DNA of 64,000 nucleotides from Eledone cirrhosa (Eukaryota), in assembly GCA_964016885.1 (NCBI GenBank), contig OZ024740.1:179738001-179802000 (forward strand), in the 5' to 3' direction. Positions 57,176 to 64,000 of this stretch are shown piece after piece; positions within the stretch are counted from its first letter, which is position 1, and every line of letters begins with the position of its first letter. The notes below the pieces were generated by a model, which saw only the letters and a list, made by a program, of their open reading frames with translations, searched no databases and was not told the DNA's origin. The position numbers and the translations under genes were made by a program.

Positions 57176-59029
57176 TATGTATATATAGAGAGAGAGATTA
57201 GGAAAACTAGACACACACATCTACAGAGAGAGCCAGAAAAACAGAGGGAGGGGAAAAGAGCGAGATAGGCCATTAGACGGAGGAGATTCAATTAAGGTGT
57301 TAGTTATACAGAGAGAGAGAGATAGTCGGAAGGACAATGTGACACGAGAGGGTGTGAGGTATCTTTGCAGTGGAGTGGTGGGGGAAGGTATACCTAGCCG
57401 GGCTCCAGCCGTACGGGCCAGCTAGTTTACTATAAAATATAAAGTAAAAGAAATGTCCGTTAATAATTCAAATATGTCTAAAATAAATTTCTGACATTTG
57501 CTGAAGATATCTTCTAAGAAATATGATACAGAAATTTACGCTGGAATTAATTTAATTTTATCTGATAAATTATGTCTTGTCCTCTAGGCTCTTTCATGAT
57601 TATATGTTTTGGCTTTTTTCCGAATCATATTGATAAATCTACTGCATAATTAATTAAGGTTCACTGAAATCATAAGGATAGGATAAGTACTGGCATTATA
57701 CATGCTTTCAAGGTCAAATAAAAATCTTAATAATAGATTAAAGTGATAGATGATTCTTATAGAGAGCCTAAATTAGGAACATTGGCGCGAAAATATCGGT
57801 AAAGATCTGAAGATATAAAAATATGAATACATTTCAATATTTCAATTTTATATAAGGGAAATTGATTGATGCATCCGAATTATATATTAATAACAAAAAA
57901 ATTATAAGAACTCTACGTAAACCTCCTATTTTAATTTCTTTAAATATCTTTTATACAATAACACATATTGCCGACTGATTATATTATTGCAAAGACATTG
58001 TTGTATTAATTTTCATATGCAACTAAAATAGAGAAAACAAATATGAATAACTTTTAAGGACTTCAACGAACTTACAATCATAAGGTCGTTGACGGCAATT
58101 GAAAAAAAATGAAGGAAGAATCTTGGACTAAAAAGAAGGATAATGCCGTGAAGCTGATACGTCGTCGAAAAATATCACAGTAGTATAAATACTGAAGCAA
58201 TTAAACAGACGGTGTGTGCTTTGCAAAACTAGATAATGTTAATATTAATATCTGACATGGGCACAATACTACATATTTGGGAGCTATTAGTAGATTAAAT
58301 TATGCCAGTATTTTACGGGTACTCTATTCTAGCGACAATTAAAAGGCTGAAAGCAGAATTTAATATAAAGTGTCTAAGACAAGCAACCATAGAATTTGCT
58401 CTCGAGATGAAATCTAAAGCGGGAAATAGAAAGTTTGCTTATGGTTAACCAAGACGAAGCTCCTGCCACAAACTCAGTACGATATACTATTAACAATTTG
58501 GTAAATTAATGGAAGTCTAGTATGTGGAAAGATTTAAAACGGACACTGCACAATGCTCACGCAAAAGTATTTCAAAAGGCGTTATGATAAAGTGTGCAGC
58601 ATTCTTCACTATTCCTTAACTGAAATTGTAACTGTTCAAAAATTGTAATAGACCACAAAAATGTGACTGAAAATAAATGTCAAAACCTTGTGGGACTTTA
58701 TGGTTCAAACAAATAGTGATATTCAGCAAAACATGCCTACAACATTGTAGTAAATATGAATGGGAACAAGCTATTTGATGCAGCAGTACAAGGAGATCGT
58801 GTTATCAGAATTAAGGAAAACAATAAAGTAACTATTCTAATTTAAGAGTGTGGGAAAAAAAACAGGAAAGGTGTTATTTGATACAAATTGGCATTTCACC
58901 GAAAATAACTATTCGTCTAAAATGTTATTTCATGGATACTGCGATCATTCTGTGTAAAATTATTTTGACTTGATAGGGAGAGTGAATATTATAAGAAGCC
59001 TGGGGCAACTTTGGAATATTAATAATAAT

Positions 59030-61320
59030 GATAATAATAGTAATAAAATCAACAAACATCAAAAGAAAAAAAAAATGGTTTCTTTATTGGCCACAAGGGC
59101 TAACATGAAGAAAAATATTACAGACGGCACATAACGGTACAGGACGATATAAAGTGTGTTTGGGCCGTATAAAAAGGTTATAACAAGAAAATAGAAACGT
59201 GTAAAAACAAATTAAAAAATTCAAACCAAAATTCCCTCTCTAGAAGACAGCACTTGCCTCTCCACACTGATTTTCCGCTTCAAGTGAAATTTTAAAAAGT
59301 TAATAATAATAATAATAATATTAGTAATAATAATAATAATAATAATTATTATTATTATTATTCTTATTATGAATTCTTTATTGGCCACAAGGGCCCACAT
59401 GTAGTTGACAATACAAAGAGAAAACGTCAGTGAGGTTTAGAAACAAATCGAGTAAAAGCATGAAAACAATATATAAGAAAAATACAAACAACAGAGTTCC
59501 CCAATAGGGGGGATAACAACCTAATGTCGACTCAGTTACCCCACCAATCCTGAACCACCCTACGTTTCAAGAGTACTCTGGAAAGGCACCCCCTCTCCTC
59601 CTCAATATAGCCAGTCTACTTGCACATACTCAGAGTAGGCCCATTCACAGGGGCCATTCTGGCCACATTCACCCACCTTTAAGCAAATATACTAAGGGAG
59701 GGGGAAGCACTTCTCTCTCCACACTCCAAGTGGAACGTGAAAAAGTTGATGAGGGATTAGCCGAAGAGAAAAGTATCTGTCTTCATTCTTATAGCCTGGT
59801 CCACCACACAACCTACTTGGTTATCGCCACAAGATAGAGGAAAATTGCCTTCCTTTTCCGACCAAAGGATAACAGCGGCTCAATCTTCACTATCAACTCG
59901 GCCGATAGCCGGTTCCGTTCTAGATGCGACAAAAGCTGTTCGACATAACTCCACAAGTCAGCAATTCATGGACACTGGCCGAGTGCGTGCCCATAGATTT
60001 ATCGCGAACCGGCAGTGCTCGCCCCGGTAGCAATGCCGAGAAAGGAATTTTCGGAAGTTATTCATCATCCTCGGCTCGAAAGTCTTCCGCAGCAGGCTAG
60101 TCAGTTCGATTTGGTCAACGCCCAGAGCCTATCCGAGTGCATTGTCGCAGTTTGCCACCACTAGTCTTCTATAGAACTCGAGAGTGGAAATTCCACTGAG
60201 CACTCTGGCCGCCTACTAGAAGGCAGTGAATGTTGGCAATATTTCAGATGCCAGCCACATAGTCTCGGTCCCTTCTTGACCCAGAACTGCAACTCAGTCA
60301 AAGGGACGAGCTGCGGAATGGCCTGTCTCACAAACGCCAACCACACCTGATCACCATTTACGCAGACTATCTGGAGACGCCGCAGCCTCGGAGGGATCTG
60401 GCAGCAGATGGACCACCTCCACAAGGTTGAAGAGTAGCAGCTCCAGGTTGGCGAGGCGTGAACGGGGGCAAGGCATGATGGATTGGCGGTAGTAGATAGC
60501 GGACGCGATGTAAGCATTCGCCACCTCCACCTGACATTTCAGTGATAGCTTCCTTTCTGGCCGTTTCTGGGTGAGAGTGGCAACCCTAATCGTAACATTC
60601 TTTACGATTTCTTTTCCATTTGGAGATCTGGTGCGAACCAAATCCCAAACAACCTTACCGGTCCGACCGTCCAGCACCCGATGACGCTGTTGGACGGCAT
60701 GGACTTGCCTTTCGTAGAGCCGAGTTACAATCTCACCGACTTTTCGGGTTAACTTTCGCTCCCGTCAACCTTTCATATTATTCCAAGAGCGTGCCGCCAA
60801 CTTCCACTTCCAAGATGTTCGACACGCTCAGGGTGATGTCGTCCGCACAAACTGACACAGCCTTTCCACATCCCGCTTCGAGCGGGATCCCTGCAACTGT
60901 CCAGCTTCCGCAGTAAACGCTTGAGAATCAATATATACAGAAGAAAAGAGAAATTGCACCCTTGGTGGACCGATCAGGAGATCTCAAATAGTTCCGAAAG
61001 GTGGCCATTAACTCTGATCACCGAGCAGATACCTCAATGCATTGCAGCAATTTAGCCTTTGAAGATGGGACCGAAGCCAACTGCCTTGAGGACAGGCTCC
61101 TGGTATGGACAGTCAGCCCCATCGAAAGGTTTAGATTGATCGATATTGATTAGAGACACACCGACGCCAGAGTTACACCCTATCTTCTCTATAATGTATC
61201 ATATGAGGTGGAGATTGTTTTGTATGCACTTAGTCGGAATTGCGCAAATTTACACCTACCTACCAAACCCTCGACGACAAGTGCCATTCACTTTTGTAAC
61301 ACCTTGGCCAAAAATGTTAA
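59030..61320 (-). mobile_element. Degenerate L1/Tx1 copies related to the 608-4240 element (main copy ~59345-61320 plus an extra 3' end ~59030-59305)
   Basis: KLSLKCQVEVANAYIASAIYYR, LHLI*YIIEK, GFGPIF, CADD; aataaa with (taa)n tails. Confidence 0.8.
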
Positions 61321-61900
61321 ACGTATACACACACACACACATTTTCCAATATATATATACATACATATATACGCAGAAGTAAATATTTCGAAAAATGTTG
61401 CAACCGAAGGAAAACAGGAAGACGATAATTTGGTTCGTGAAGACGTTCCCTGGCTATGAATGGAAAAAAAAGCCTGCGCCACTGAAGCGCTGGAAATATT
61501 CTAGGTAAATGATTACATCTTAAACAAAAAAATCTGCGGCCATTTCGGCTTGTAAACACAAATTGCATAATACTTTCCTGTATTACAGCCCAACATTATA
61601 CCCTGACGGATAGTAAAAACAATACGCGGATAATTTACGTCTTGATGTGGTAGCTAAGTATATTTTATATGTATACCATTATTTATTTGTATAGGTAAGT
61701 ATACCTTACCCGTATGTTTGTGGATGTACGAATACTTTCTCGTACGTATATTTGCTTGTATATGTTATATGTGTATATATTACATATACTTGTATGTGTG
61801 TATATGTATGTATTTGTGTATATTTACGTATATTTATGTGTATATATATATATTTGTATGTGTGTATGTATATATGTATATATATATGTATATATTTGTA

Positions 61901-61960
<60 letters not shown>

Positions 61961-62188
61961 GAAACACACAGATACATGCGGACACACACATATACATGAA
62001 TGCATCCGCACCCAACCATGAGTTAAGGGTGCCAACTTCACCGATGTTGCTCAATGAATGACTGGGACAGACCAATCCGGTTGAACCAGACTGAACCAGT
62101 ATCAGAGTTAAAAATACATTATGAAGAGAGAAGAAACATTTAGATATAATTAGTAATAAAATGTATCATACCTAAACTGCTCCTAGAT

Positions 62189-62278
62189 TCCTCGACTACG
62201 TAGTTTCGTGGCATAAACAAAAACAATATATCATAAAGATATAGAGTCCTTGCGAGGTCTGCCGACTTATCAAGAGGA
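62189..62278 (-). ncRNA. Type I hammerhead, U3-A8 core variant, copy 1
   Basis: minus strand tcctc TTGATAA gt(c)ggca ...long loop... tgccac GAAA ctacgtag TC gagga; palindromic stem III actacgtagt; GUC site. Confidence 0.78.
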
Positions 62279-62781
62279 TACCTCATTTTACTAGTCTCAA
62301 GAACGCGTCTCCACAACGTGAGAAAGAATCCCAAAAGGCGGAGGGGGAGATAGTCACGCGATATAACGGTCGAGAAACAGAGCTAAGCCTCTTATAACCC
62401 CGAAGAAAATACCACGGAGGCGGAGGGGGTATTTATATCGAAGCCGTAGAAGAGGTGGTGAAGGAGGCGAGAAGTATGAGTAATGAAAGCTTTCCAGCAG
62501 TCCCCACACTTCAAAGATTGCTCGACCAGAGGGAGTTATTAACAATATATTTAGAAACACACAGATACATGCGGACACACACATATACATGAATGCATCC
62601 GCACCCAACCATGAGTTAAGGGTGCCAACTTCACCGATGTTGCTCAATGAATGACTGGGACAGACCAATCCGGTTGAACCAGACTGAACCAGTATCAGAG
62701 TTAAAAATACATTATGAAGAGAGAAGAAACATTTAGATATAATTAGTAATAAAATGTATCATACCTAAACTGCTCCTAGAT

Positions 62782-62871
62782 TCCTCGACTACGTAGTTTC
62801 GTGGCATAAACAAAAACAATATATCATAAAGATATAGAGTCCTTGCGAGGTCTGCCGACTTATCAAGAGGA
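62782..62871 (-). ncRNA. Type I hammerhead, U3-A8 variant, copy 2
   Basis: identical, offset +593. Confidence 0.78.
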
Positions 62872-63374
62872 TACCTCATTTTACTAGTCTCAAGAACGCG
62901 TCTCCACAACGTGAGAAAGAATCCCAAAAGGCGGAGGGGGAGATAGTCACGCGATATAACGGTCGAGAAACAGAGCTAAGCCTCTTATAACCCCGAAGAA
63001 AATACCACGGAGGCGGAGGGGGTATTTATATCGAAGCCGTAGAAGAGGTGGTGAAGGAGGCGAGAAGTATGAGTAATGAAAGCTTTCCAGCAGTCCCCAC
63101 ACTTCAAAGATTGCTCGACCAGAGGGAGTTATTAACAATATATTTAGAAACACACAGATACATGCGGACACACACATATACATGAATGCATCCGCACCCA
63201 ACCATGAGTTAAGGGTGCCAACTTCACCGATGTTGCTCAATGAATGACTGGGACAGACCAATCCGGTTGAACCAGACTGAACCAGTATCAGAGTTAAAAA
63301 TACATTATGAAGAGAGAAGAAACATTTAGATATAATTAGTAATAAAATGTATCATACCTAAACTGCTCCTAGAT

Positions 63375-63464
63375 TCCTCGACTACGTAGTTTCGTGGCAT
63401 AAACAAAAACAATATATCATAAAGATATAGAGTCCTTGCGAGGTCTGCCGACTTATCAAGAGGA
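63375..63464 (-). ncRNA. Type I hammerhead, U3-A8 variant, copy 3 (a fourth copy starts on + at 63967)
   Basis: identical, offset +1186. Confidence 0.78.
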
Positions 63465-64000
63465 TACCTCATTTTACTAGTCTCAAGAACGCGTCTCCAC
63501 AACGTGAGAAAGAATCCCAAAAGGCGGAGGGGGAGATAGTCACGCGATATAACGGTCGAGAAACAGAGCTAAGCCTCTTATAACCCCGAAGAAAATACCA
63601 CGGAGGCGGAGGGGGTATTTATATCGAAGCCCATGGTTGGGTGCGGATGCATTCATGTATATGTGTGTGTCCGCATGTATCTGTGTGTTTCTAAATATAT
63701 TGTTAATAACTCCCTCTGGTCGAGCAATCTTTGAAGTGTGGGGACTGCTGGAAAGCTTTCATTACTCATACTTCTCGCCTCCTTCACCACCTCTTCTACG
63801 GCTTCGATATAAATACCCCCTCCGCCTCCGTGGTATTTTCTTCGGGGTTATAAGAGGCTTAGCTCTGTTTCTCGACCGTTATATCGCGTGACTATCTCCC
63901 CCTCCGCCTTTTGGGATTCTTTCTCACGTTGTGGAGACGCGTTCTTGAGACTAGTAAAATGAGGTATCCTCTTGATAAGTCGGCAGACCTCGCAAGGACT

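Larger units (their letters stand above)
61955..64000. mobile_element. Retrozyme-like tandem array of apparently identical 593-bp units (~2.8 copies) after (TA)n, then a switch to an inverted copy at 63632 that runs off the window
   Basis: gaaacacacagatac at 61961, 62554, 63147; 63632 onward is the reverse complement starting from cccaaccatg. Confidence 0.92.

Noticed and set aside
62140-63891. Repeated 64-aa and 104-aa ORFs
   Set aside because: By-products of the 593-bp repeat with no recognisable protein motifs

Overview
AT-rich, microsatellite-dense animal DNA, most likely octopus/cephalopod (inferred from the recurring tRNA-derived SINE family and the (TA)n/(CA)n load). The window is almost entirely transposon-derived. 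It holds a decayed L1/Tx1 LINE with an R4/Dong-type LINE in its (TTA)n tail, decayed Penelope-like elements (RT and GIY-YIG), RTE and other LINE scraps, SINE monomers and multimers, a non-autonomous Helitron with cargo, and one probable host exon. The main hidden signal is about a dozen apparently unrelated short non-coding elements in or beside (TA)n tracts. Most are built as tandem or fold-back repeats and carry a type I hammerhead ribozyme (HHR), usually with a palindromic, dimer-type stem III. Two are retrozyme-like tandem arrays: 468-nt units, and 593-nt units whose hammerhead has the rare compensatory U3-A8 core. All ribozyme folds were paired by eye; none has been computed or assayed.
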